Shown here: positions 24,549 to 35,800 of the stretch, piece after piece
Layout: each line of letters starts with the position of its first letter
How positions within the stretch are numbered: the first letter of the stretch is position 1
Source: Podarcis cretensis
Taxonomy: Eukaryota
DNA: 64,000 nucleotides
NCBI GenBank assembly: GCA_951804945.1
Contig: OX638154.1
Coordinates: 42,780,001-42,844,000 of the forward strand
Direction: 5' to 3'
Made by a program: the position numbers and the translations under genes
Notes under the pieces: model-generated
Told to the model about the DNA's origin: nothing
The model's input: only the letters and a program-made list of their open reading frames with translations
Databases searched by the model: none

Positions 24549-25224
24549 CTGAAAAAAGAAGTATGCCAGTTTACAGAAAAAGATGTCTTGTGTTGTGATA
24601 CTCTTATCATTTTACAAATGATAACTGAGACACTTACAGTCACTTTATTTGTATACCACTTTCCATATAAACATAACTTTTTGAAGTGCACCGTCCATAA
24701 AATTGAAATACTTGTGTACTGCATTTGTACCACTCATATCCCTCCCAAGAAGGAGCACTGTTATCACCACACCACCACCCACTTAAGGAAAGCTAAAGAT
24801 GCTTTCTGCTTGCTGCATCGTGGTGTGTTCATTTACTCTGCAACCGCCTGTCTTGAACCTGCTTCTGAAACAATATGAGTTAGTAAATATTTAGTAAATG
24901 TCCCAACAGATTTAACTGCTAGAGACAGAAGGGTTGTGTTTCTGGTGCTGAAACCTAAAAACGACAATTCCAGACTATGTGGTTAGGTTACGTGACAGTA
25001 AGGGCAGTGGTTTATCAGAAATAGGTACATGAAAATTTGGGATTTGCTTCGAAGGGAAGCCTAAAAACTACCCGCATGATTAATTTCCCTCCCACGAATT
25101 TCTCCCTTTATATTTTAATTAATTATATGTCATAATGGCCAAATACAAAAATCATAAAATTTTAAAATTCTGTTCCCTCCCTCCCTACCCCGGTTTCCAT
25201 CCCTTATGTCCACAGAAACAGTTC

Positions 25225-25695
25225 CTAGCCCGGATTCCTCACATCCGAGGCCTTCAAGTCTCTGTCAGTCTCTCTCCGCCGATTTTGTTGGTAACCCTTT
25301 TTGTTGGTCCTCAGGTCTCGAAGGAGTTCAGTCGCAGTCACACCAAGTTTTCTTCCATCCAAAATACTTAAAAGCAGTTGCTGCAAAAGGTCAGCTGCTC
25401 TCCCATACTCAAAGAGGAAGTCCCAAGCATATTTCTTTATTCTTTTAAATTCCAGAATTCCAGGTACTCCAGGGACTTCCTCCTTCATCTTTCTCATCTT
25501 TCGCAGATTTGTAATCCGAAGATCTTCTTCTTTATTTCCTGACAATATAGGCTTCTGATTGGTATTTTCCTTTTCCACTCCTTCTTTCCTCTCCACCTGT
25601 TCCAAAAATGTCTCTTCTGGTTCAGCTGCAGATTTCTTATTAGTCAAATCCTTTATGCATTCAGCAGAGTTGTTTGTTTTAGAATTCAAGGTCAT
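25225..25695 (-). other. Unassigned 156-codon ORF, probably derived from a retroelement
   Basis: ATG-initiated, in-frame stop just upstream, E/K-rich N-half, amphipathic C-half, A-rich coding strand; no family I can name securely. Confidence 0.35.
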
Positions 25696-25816
25696 AAGCT
25701 GCTGCTTCTACTACCTTTACATACAGCATTTAACAGCACTGATTGAGAAGCAATTTCCCAAGCATAGCTACCCGGCTTTGCTTTCAGTATCTGCGTTCTT
25801 TCTCTCCAGATATTTG

Positions 25817-25905
25817 CATAGCTGTCAACTTTTCCCTTTTTTAAGGGAAATTCCCTTATTCCGAACAGGATTCCTCGCAAGAAAAGTGAAAAGTTGACAG
25901 CTATG
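25817..25905. mobile_element. 89-bp hAT MITE
   Basis: 18-bp TIRs CATAGCTGTCAACTTTTC; perfect 8-bp TSD GATATTTG (25809-25816, 25906-25913); second copy at 47613-47702. Confidence 0.88.
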
Positions 25906-26003
25906 GATATTTGCAATTTGGAGAGAAAAGGCGTCTCAGTAGAAGCCTTTTCCCCACAAGCCCTGCGGCTATCACAACACGCCTCTCGATTTCCCTTTCA
26001 GGC

Positions 26004-26128
26004 CAGGAAGGTGAACCAGGTGCTCTCCAGATCTTGTGGGATTACAACTCCCATCAGCCTCAGCCAGGATAACCTGGTTGCAGCCGGATTTCAACAACAT
26101 CTGGAGGCACGCAGGTTCCCATACCTGC
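26004..26128. mobile_element. ~130-bp hAT-type palindromic MITE abutting the RBBP5 CpG island
   Basis: CTCCAGAT...TACAACTCCCATCAGCC...ACATCTGGAGG; family copies near 2900, 3925, 8140, 27810, 28765, 47325, 50815, 55195, 61246. Confidence 0.7.
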
Positions 26129-26129
26129 C

Positions 26130-26810
26130 CTAGAATAACATGCGTTACGCCCGCACCGTTTCCTCCTCCGCTGCCGCCCGCCTCCCGGAACTCTTCGCGC
26201 ACGCTGCTTCGTTTCGAGCCGGTGTTCTTTATTCGACGGACTGCGATTCGTAGCTGCCCTGGCGACTGCCTGCTCCTGACGCCACTCAAACCGTTTGCCC
26301 CGAGACGCTGTTCGCCGCCGTCCCGAAGCGATGAAGGCGAGCGTCGAGGCCCGGAGTTTGGCGTGACTCGGAAGCCGGACCGGAGCCCTGCGCAACGAGT
26401 GGGCTGCGGTTGCGTCAGGCTGAGCCTTCAGCCGGGCCCCTCGGCTGGGTGTGCGCGAGGACCCCGGGGTCCTTGGTTCCGGAGCGGGATCGGACGGAGC
26501 GAGAAAGTGGCCAAGATGAATCTGGAACTGCTGGGTGCGTGGCTTTTTAAATGGTCGTGTCGAGCCCTCCTCGGTCCTTCCCTTTGGTGGGGCGGGAGGG
26601 GGCCGGGGCGGGGCGGGCGGCTGGGCTGCGCGAGGGGGCCGGGGCGCCTGGGACTTGGGAGAGGGCGAAGTGCCGGGGCACCCGACCCGGACCAGGGGCC
26701 GGAGGAGCGCTTGGGCTGGGGCGGCTCCTGGGAGAAGGTCCCCCTCCTCCCGCCGCTTGCACAAAACGCGGCTTAATAACTCTTGGCAGGGCGAGAGTGA
26801 AACCGACTGA
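26130..26810. promoter_or_regulatory. CpG island, RBBP5 promoter and first exon
   Basis: Abrupt GC- and CpG-rich segment in an otherwise CpG-depleted window; ETS-type CGGAA cores, TGCGTCA and GC boxes; contains the RBBP5 ATG. Confidence 0.9.
26516..26534 (+). CDS. RBBP5: RBBP5 exon 1 coding part (MNLELL)
   Basis: AAGATGAATCTGGAACTGCTGG|GTGCGT. Confidence 0.93.
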
Positions 26811-29800
26811 CACCTCTTTTAAGTTCGTCATCAGCTAACAAGTCAGGGGATGCAGCCCTGGGGGCTGGTTTAATGGCATGTAAATTGGTGGTCGCCCACC
26901 TTCCCTGCTCACCTCTTCCTCCTCCTCCTCCTCCTCCTCCTCCTCCACTGGCAGAAACTGCTTCCCTGAAGTCATGGCGGTGCTTGATTTCCTATGGCAG
27001 GTTTCTTTCCTCCTGCCTGCCCTGTTGCTAGGCCCTGTTGCTAACAAGCTGACAGTCCCGTTGCCATGGCAGCCATGCCAGTTTTGACCACTCGGTTTCT
27101 AGTTTCTTGGGACCAAAGAAGTTTCTTCAGGCTGCAGTATTTGTTCACACAGCCGTGAGTCAGCCCCACTGAACGTAGTGGTCGTTATTTCTAAGCAAGC
27201 ATGTGTAGCATCGCACCATTTCTGTGTTTGTGCTGCCCAGCGTTTGGTTATGCGTCAAGGGTACACCCTAGGGATCACACATTTTTAACATGCGAGATAA
27301 GCGTTGCCCGTTCAGTGTGCTGAAACATTGTGATACCCCACATTCTCCCTGGAAGATCTGGTTCACTTTAAACCGTTTGCCATCCTGCTCAAAGGTTTCT
27401 CAGAATTTGATCAAAGCTTTTCCTAGGCATATTTACAGTCCAATCCTAACCAGTCTCACTGATTTCTAAACCTCTTTTCAGTTGGTGTATTCTCAGTAGG
27501 GAAGGGGAATAATTTAGGTTCTTTAGCTTTTGATTTAAGACCTAGGAAGGATCAAACTGACACCTGGTGCTACTGCCTGCTCCAAGGGAAAGAGGAAAGA
27601 TCCACATGCAAAGTGCCCACATACAAAGGATGAATTTGCAAAATTATTGTATCTTAAGCAGAAACCATTGACATTTTGGAAAGGTATTTGCAGGGCAGCT
27701 GCCTCTTGATATTTATTCAAGTGGTCCATGACACATGCTACATGGGAAGACAAAAGAAAAAGCAGACCACTTGACAAAGTGGGGAATCATTGCATTAAGT
27801 GCTAGTTCAGGTCTGGGAAGCCTTTTGGGCTCATCATCTCTGCCTATTGGCCATACTTATTGGGGATTATGGGAATTGTAGTTCAGCAACATGTGGTGGG
27901 ACCAAAGGTTCCCCACACCTGTCCTAGCTGACCAGCTCCTGAATAGGAGAAAAACTGAGAGTCAAAGTGGATGTGACATTAAATGCATTTTTGTAGTTAA
28001 GAAAGTTTTGAAAATGCAAATAGCATCAACTGTTGGGACATTAGGGCAACCACGGAGATGAATTTTAACCCTTTCCCCACCTTTTATTGTCCTGAGGATA
28101 ATCCTGCCTCTAAAACCAGTATCTACATTGGGAAGAAATCCCTCATTTGCATCCCACGAATGGTAAGCCCACCCTCAGTTGATGTTATTTGCATTTTAAG
28201 AATTCTGCAAAGTGCAAAGATGCATTTTAACGTATGTAGTTTGACCATCAGTCTTGGGGTGTTTTTTGAAAAAATAATTTTATTAAATTTATTATCTTCC
28301 ATTCATTTTCAACACATTTAGATGGCTCATAATTAATGCAATAAAATAACAGTAATTATAAAGCACCATAAAATATAGGCTAACACAAGTAGCCTAAAAA
28401 CAATGTGAGCACCCCAGATCAAAACCCCCTATAAGCATGGCCTTACATATTTTTCTTCCACACTTCCCATATAAGTAGGATTAGAAGCAGAGCCCTTTCT
28501 TTCTGAAGATTATTACATCAAGGTAATACTGAGGTTATTCTTGCAGAGAGTTGTGATAATTTTGTAATGCTTGGCATTTGCATGTTTACATCAAATGTCA
28601 TGCACTTACATTCTGCTCTATATTCTTATTTTATTGTTGTCTGTATAGCTGATTTGCGCCCACCTTGCCAAGTTAAGAATATTTTAGTTATCTGTGCTTT
28701 GTTGCTAGAACTACCTCCAGATTTTGAACTATGGGCCCACTTAGCACTCACCACTGATTTATAACCGTGGTGGGGAACCTGTGGCCTGCCTGATGTTACT
28801 GGACTATATAACTGTTCTCATCATAGATCATTCAGTGTGCTGGCTGGAGCTGATGAGAGTTAAGGGCCAATGCCTGACATTTGGAATCAAATTTCTCATT
28901 ATAAACAGCATACTTTCATTTTAAAAAAATTGAAGTATTGTATAACACAAAGAATGTGGTACTGTATAACTTATTTCATTCTTTATGCTTCTGTTTTATT
29001 TCAGAATCATTTGGACAGAACTATCCAGAGGTAAATGTCTCCCTCACTCAAAGTTGACACATTCTATTCTAATGTTGTTTGGCTTGTGACTTGGTTTTAT
29101 TATGTTTGAAGACGGGAAGCAGATGTTTGCTGAACTGCAATGTGGATATTTGGTGTATGTTAAAGTGCATCAGGAAAACATGTCTATCTGAAAACCAGCA
29201 TCCCTTCAACTTCTGATTTTTAATCTCATGCATACTTTCCCTTCAGTGTCTAGGTGATCTCTCAAATAGCAGTGGCCTTACTTTGCCTGAGACATTTCAA
29301 AGGTGTGAAGCATACTGGCTATATAGCTTTGAAATGAAATTGGTTGACATTGATTTTTATACCTTTCATTGTTTTCAGGAAGCTGATGGCACACTGGACT
29401 GCATTAGTATGGCCCTTACTTGTACTTTTAACAGGTGGGGCACACTTCTAGCAGTAGGTTGTAATGATGGTCGGATTGTCATTTGGGACTTCTTGACAAG
29501 AGGCATAGCAAAAATCATAAGTGCTCATATCCACCCGGTCTGTTCTTTATGGTAAGAAATTTATTTCAATATGAGTTAAATATGATTTATTGATAGCATA
29601 CTCTCAGCTTAAGTAAAAAAACACAGTGTGCATGTCATGTGTTCAGTATATCATTTTCACAAGTTGAAACTTACACAACTTGAATTCTGCATGAAGGTTA
29701 CACTCCAAGAGCTAAAAAAGAAAGATGGTTTTTAAAGTCATCTCTTTGATAGTGAAAGCTGCTGCAGGGGAAAAAAATCAACGAAAGATCCAGCTACACA

Positions 29801-32800
29801 GATGATTCATGCCCCCCTCCCCACATGCATTCAGTATCTTTGGATCACAGCTATAGACTGAGAATCCGATTGCCTCTTAGATTCTTGCAAGGGGCTTTTG
29901 CTCGCCCAGTGGATCTTTTGATCTTTTCTTTGAATTGATGAGCTCCATTTTGTATCACAAACTACTTTTGAAATGCCCTTCAGTTTCAAAATCAGTTTAA
30001 CTTGCAACATGGGATGCTGCTATCAAAGAAAAACAAGTCTAAATCCCTTTGAGCTCATGAAATTATCCTTTCTTTTGATCTTGGCTGCTTTGCATCCACC
30101 TGCTGGGAAAATGTGGAGTATAAGCTATAAATAAATAACTTCCCTTTTCCAGCACAGATAACTTTTTGAATTTGAACTTCATCATTCTAGAAATATTTTG
30201 CTTGTTACTTTTTATTGGATACTTCAGGATCTCATTGTTGGGTTTTTTAATAACATACAGTAGAAAAGACCCTCTCAGTGTTTTGCTGTATCAAGTGTTT
30301 CTGGGTTTTGTAGGCTTTTTACTGCAAAAGCCATAAAGTATTTTTTATTACAAATGCTTTGTTTCAAGATATTTTACAATCACCATTCGGCTCTGCTATA
30401 AATGCATTGGTATCTGAGTAAATTTAGCTTGAGTTGCAGTATAGAGCACTATTCACTTCAGTGTGGTTAAAATAATAGTCCCAAAAAGAGATACCGCATT
30501 TTTCGCTCCATAAGACACACTTTTTTCCTCTTAAAAGCCAAGGGAAAATGTCTGTGCGTCTTATGGAGCGAATGGAGCGAATGTGTGGTCCCTGGGGCTG
30601 GGGGGGGGGACCCGGGCTTCCCCCGCCAGCCCTGCAGTCACTCCCTGACCTGTTCTGGGGGCTGGGGTCGGGGGAAGCTCAGGGTTCCCCCGCCCCAGCC
30701 CCGCAGCTAAAAATGAAGCCAAGACAGTGAGTGGGATCCATCCCGCTCACTGTCTTGGCTTCTTTGCTCTTTGGGGCTGGGGGGGGGGGAACCCGGGCTT
30801 CCCCTGACAGCCCCAGAAGCTCTGGGAGAAGCGGACAGGCTGCACGCAGCCTGTCTGCTGCTCTTTGAGGCTGGGGGGGGGGGAAATAAGATTTTTTTCT
30901 TGACCCCCCCCCTAAAAACTACGAGCGCCTTATGGTCCGGTGCGCCTTATGGAGCAAAAAAAACGGCAATCTAACTGATCAGTTCTGTATACTGGCACCC
31001 CAGTTTAAATACATTTACTTGGATGTTCCTTTGATAGAACACTCTTTTAATTTAAAGCATTAAATTAGCTCTGACCATTTTAGATAATATATGTGGGGAT
31101 AGCAACAAAACAATGGTTGCGATCTTGAACTTTCTCTTCCAGTTGGAGTCGAGATGGCCACAAATTGGTGAGTGCGTCAACTGATAATATGGTATCTCAG
31201 TGGGATGTTCTGACTGGTGATTGTGACCAGAGGTTTCGTTTCCCTTCTCCGATCCTGAAAGTCCAGTACCATCCCCGCGATCAGTAAGTAATACTAACAA
31301 AGACCTTTCCCTAGAGCAGTCTTTGGAAACTGAATGGTTTCTTGCCTACCGTATTCTAATCAAGATTATATTTCATCATTTGCTTTATTCAACACAGTTC
31401 TTTACTGTGGGCCATATTCAGCAAAATATGGGAGCCCGTGCAACAAATCCCACTAGCGCAACAGGGGTCCTACCTCCTACAACACAGCCCTCAAATCAAT
31501 TTGGGGGGAGCAGTTGGGAGAACCCCCATAACAGTGTGCAGGGGGAGGAGAGGAGGGGCCCTTATGTTTGGCAATCAGGAATGCTTGTGCTGATCATCAT
31601 CCCAGCGTGGTGCTGAATTCCTCCACTATGAGAGATTATCTGAAGCTTTGTTCCTGGAAGTCATCAATATGCTGGTGATAGTTCAATAGCAGTCCTCAGA
31701 AGTGGCCCCTCCATGCATCTAGCCAACCCATGAAGAGGGGTACCAGGATCCTGCCATGCAGCCTGAGACCACTGACTGCTCACCTCCCACGCCCACTTCC
31801 TGACATCTGGCACTGAGGGGGTCTTTGCACAGATAGTTGTATATGCCGAGACTCTTAATCCTAGTGGGTGGCCATCTTTATGGCCCAATTCAATATGCTG
31901 CTACTTGTTTTAAAGCATGACTGCCATGTGATTGAAGAATAGTAGCCATGTAATAGATTAAATCTGCATTAATTTGCATTTGTGGAAAACCACTATAATT
32001 CTAAAGAAAAAGATGCAGACACCTCATGCAAGAAAGGGCTCTGCCAAGCTTCTGCTTTCTATCTGCAGTGTCTTGTCTGCATCCCTAAGCCTTTTGCCTG
32101 GAGGGCTTTCCCTGCCTTGATCCCATCCTCTTCATCTCTGTGTTCTCTCTTTTTTCTTGTCCTCACTGATCTCTAGCTCTGAAACCTCTGCTTTCAGACA
32201 TACACAAAGTTCCTGCATCCTTAGAAACCTCCTTTTAGCCCACCCCTTTTTCCCCTGTTCCAAAAGAGACACCAGGTAAGAAAATAGAAAATTTGAAAAT
32301 TTCTTTTTTTGTTTCTTGTTGGTTTCTATTTGTTTAGAAACAGGGTGTTGGTATGTCCAATGAAGTCTGCACCTGTCATGCTAACATTGTCTGATTCAAA
32401 ACATGTTGTCCTACCAGTGGATGATGATTCTGATCTGAATGTGGTGGCTTCTTTTGACCGGCGAGGGGAATATATCTACACGGGGAATGCTAAAGGGAAG
32501 GTGAGAACTCACTGAACTAATATTTGGTGGGTAGCGGGTTCAGTTATCTGATTTGTATGACTCGCCTTAGAAGTGTTGTAAATAGAAGAAATGGGCTTCC
32601 CTTTNNNNNNNNNNNNNNNNNNNNNNNNNNNNNNNNNNNNNNNNNNNNNNNNNNNNNNNNNNNNNNNNNNNNNNNNNNNNNNNNNNNNNNNNNNNNNNNN
32701 NNNNNNNNNNNNNNNNNNNNNNNNNNNNNNNNNNNNNNNNNNNNNNNNNNNNNNNNNNNNNNNNNNNATATCATGATTCTAAGCAAAATTTATTTCAGCT

Positions 32801-35800
32801 TTGATGAAGCAGCTGGGTACACATGATCTAAAATAGACTATGCAGAAAAAAATTATCTTATTCGGAAATGAAAGGTTGTTAACATGTGAGGGTCACAGAC
32901 AACTGCACCATAGGGCCTTGACTATAGTTTGTGTATGCCACATTCAACCCATTAATGGATGTGAGAAGATTACACACACACACACACACACACCTTGGCA
33001 CCCTTTTGTACATCACCATTGCTTGATCTACATTATTGACATTCTTCCCTACCAGTTCTAGCTGTGTATGCAGTTGTTGGCTTCTTTACATTTCTAATGA
33101 AAGCTTATATTTTTTTAATGAAGAATTCAGCTTAGGTGGTCTGACATATCTGCTGTGAACTGAATCAGATACTAACTCTGTGTAACTTCATAACATTCCC
33201 TATTTAAATAAACAGCCCAAATGCTTTGAAATTCCCCACCCCGCACCAGTCTGTGTCAAAGAAACCTTCAGAATTTAACAATGTCATCATGGGACTTTTT
33301 CTTTTGGACAGATCCCATTTTAGAGAATGAATTGCATGCAGTTGCTGCACAGAGATTGTCTACTCTAATTCCATACCTGCTCCATTGGATTTCACTGTCT
33401 TAAATTGATGGTGTTGCTGGTGTTGAACTTGCCACTAACCTCTCCTTTTTATTGATGAGAGAGGAAGACATGGTTCCTTGCTTAGTTGTCTCATAAATCA
33501 CTGACAGGACTGACTTTTAATAGCACACTTTGATGTCTGTGCAGACTTTTATTGCCTTTCCTTATGAACTCTAAATAGGAAGTGTATGTGGTGAAAAGGT
33601 CACAGTAAAAGTTACCTGATTTATTTTTACTTACGTTGTTAGATCTTGGTCTTAAAGACAGACACTCAGGACCTTGTTGCTTCCTTCAGAGTAACTACAG
33701 GAACCAGCAATACTACAGCTATTAAATCTATAGAGTTTGCTCGAAAAGGAAGGTGAGTTGAAGACTTTGTCTCTGTTTACAGTTTCATACATGGAGAGTT
33801 GCTGTTCAAATAACATTGTCCTTGGGAAGGCCTAAAGGAGGTATTTGGTTGTACCTTTGGTCTTAGTTTGTACTTGATTAACTTGCCAGTGCTTGTGCTT
33901 GTAGGGGTAAGAGTTTCATTACTTTTTAGTCTGACTGGTGATTTAGTTTTAATTATTTTACAGTATAGTGATATTGCTATATTGGATGCTTTTAATTAGC
34001 TCTTATTTATATCACCTAGAGGCTTGGGTGGAAGTGTAACAAATAAATTCAACAAAGTATTAATAATAATACTAGGATCCTGGTCTATGGGTTTATCCTA
34101 TTTCTTATATAACCTGCTGGAGCACAGTGGCTCAGCAGTATATTTGGAATGAATGGTATTACAGCGTTTTGTATCTCCTTCCCCTCCCTTAGTTGCTTTC
34201 TAATAAATACTGCTGATCGCATAATCAGAGTCTATGACGGTCGGGAAATCTTGACTTGTGGTAGAGATGGAGAACCAGAGCCAATGCAAAAGCTGCAGGA
34301 CTTGGTGAACAGGTAGGAATTATCTGTCTTGAGTCAAGGGCATGTGCTTTTCAGTATTCAAAGGCCCCACTGCTACTTTGTCCTCTGGTATTACTTCATT
34401 TCTCAGAGCTTGAAAAACAAGCATTCTACCCCCTAAAGACCTTGAGTGCTGTTGTTCCAAAGGAACTAGGTCCAGATTGCCTGCTTCCTGGCTCTCAGAG
34501 CCCTTTCTTCTGCAGTAAAGCAGGATCCCCTTTCTACATTGTGCAGCTCTGTCCACAATTACTTTTTGAATATGGGTGAGTGGGGGTGGAATGAGTCTTC
34601 TGTAATCCAAAAAATAGGCTGTATTTTTTTTACTTAAATTCAAAATACAATCTCTAACATAGCATCATGTAGCGTAAAGAGAAGCCTGAGATTCATAGAC
34701 AGGGCAGTGTTTGGATTAATTGCTGCCTTTACTACATTTATAAAACATCTTTCTGCCGGTGCACTCAAGGCAGTTAAAAGTTTTAAATCTTCATTATTGA
34801 TATTTTTTCTTCTAGTTGTTAAGCACTTCATAAACAAGTTTTCTAGCCATTGTACAAGTTGGTTTAAAACATAATTATATTGTAAAACCTGCAGTCAATC
34901 TTAAATTTCCAACCCAGGATGAACCCCAAATGCAAAAAGCCAACACAATAAAATGCAACACAGATCACAGGAGCTTAAAACAGCCATCAGTTAGCAGATC
35001 TAAAACTACTAAGACGCACTACAGTTAAAGCCTTCAAATGCCCTGCAGAACAGAAAACTCATAGTCTGGGAAGAGGAAACTAAGATAGTCATGGCCAGTC
35101 GTCTGAGGGTGGGGGCAACGGGGTGGGCATGTGGCATTTGGCATTTGGGGGTGTTTTGCAATCTCACCTTTCCCTCTGATGCAGCTAGGTTGTTTGGCTG
35201 CTAATGAAGATAGAACTGGTTTTTGCTAGGCTGGTGGAGGCAGGGGCTCATCTCGATGCTCCCTTTGAAGCAGCCAGATGGAATGATGCGAGTTGTTGAC
35301 AGTTCCTTGCTTAGCTGCCAGCCAGGTCCTTCTCACAGTTTTTAAGTCACTCCTCTGCACCAGCTACTGTCCTATTCTTATATTTTTCTATAAGTTCACA
35401 TCAGTTCTGGTTGCTTACAAAAGCGACCGAACACAGCATCAAAGTCTGCAACAACGCAATAGCAAGGCAAGTGAAGCAACTGCAATCTTCACATAGTTTT
35501 TCAAGCTTTCTTATTTTCTTCTAGATTTGTTGGCGTGCGACTTAAGATCAAAGAAGTTATTATGGGGAAACGTATCCTGACTTGACCGATTTGTATAACT
35601 TGCATTGCATAATTTGCTATTTGCAGTTTCAGAGAAGCCCACTTCCAGCTATGCATAATCATCTTTTGACAATTGCAATTCTTTTGAACCCTTGCTTTTT
35701 CCTAGTGTACACTTGAACAAGGTTCTGTTAATTGCTATTTCTGCAGGACGCCTTGGAAGAAATGCTGTTTCTCTGGCGATGGGGAGTACATTGTTGCAGG

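Noticed and set aside
25692-25916. Upstream ORF overlapping the orphan ORF by ATGA (stop-start coupling)
   Set aside because: It starts with TTG and depends on the inserted MITE sequence; likely coincidence.
25972-26838. 246-aa and 234-aa ORFs over the RBBP5 start
   Set aside because: CpG-island artefacts (Arg/Pro/Gly-rich); only 26516-26534 is coding.
32524-32826. ORFs spanning poly-X
   Set aside because: Produced by the assembly gap.
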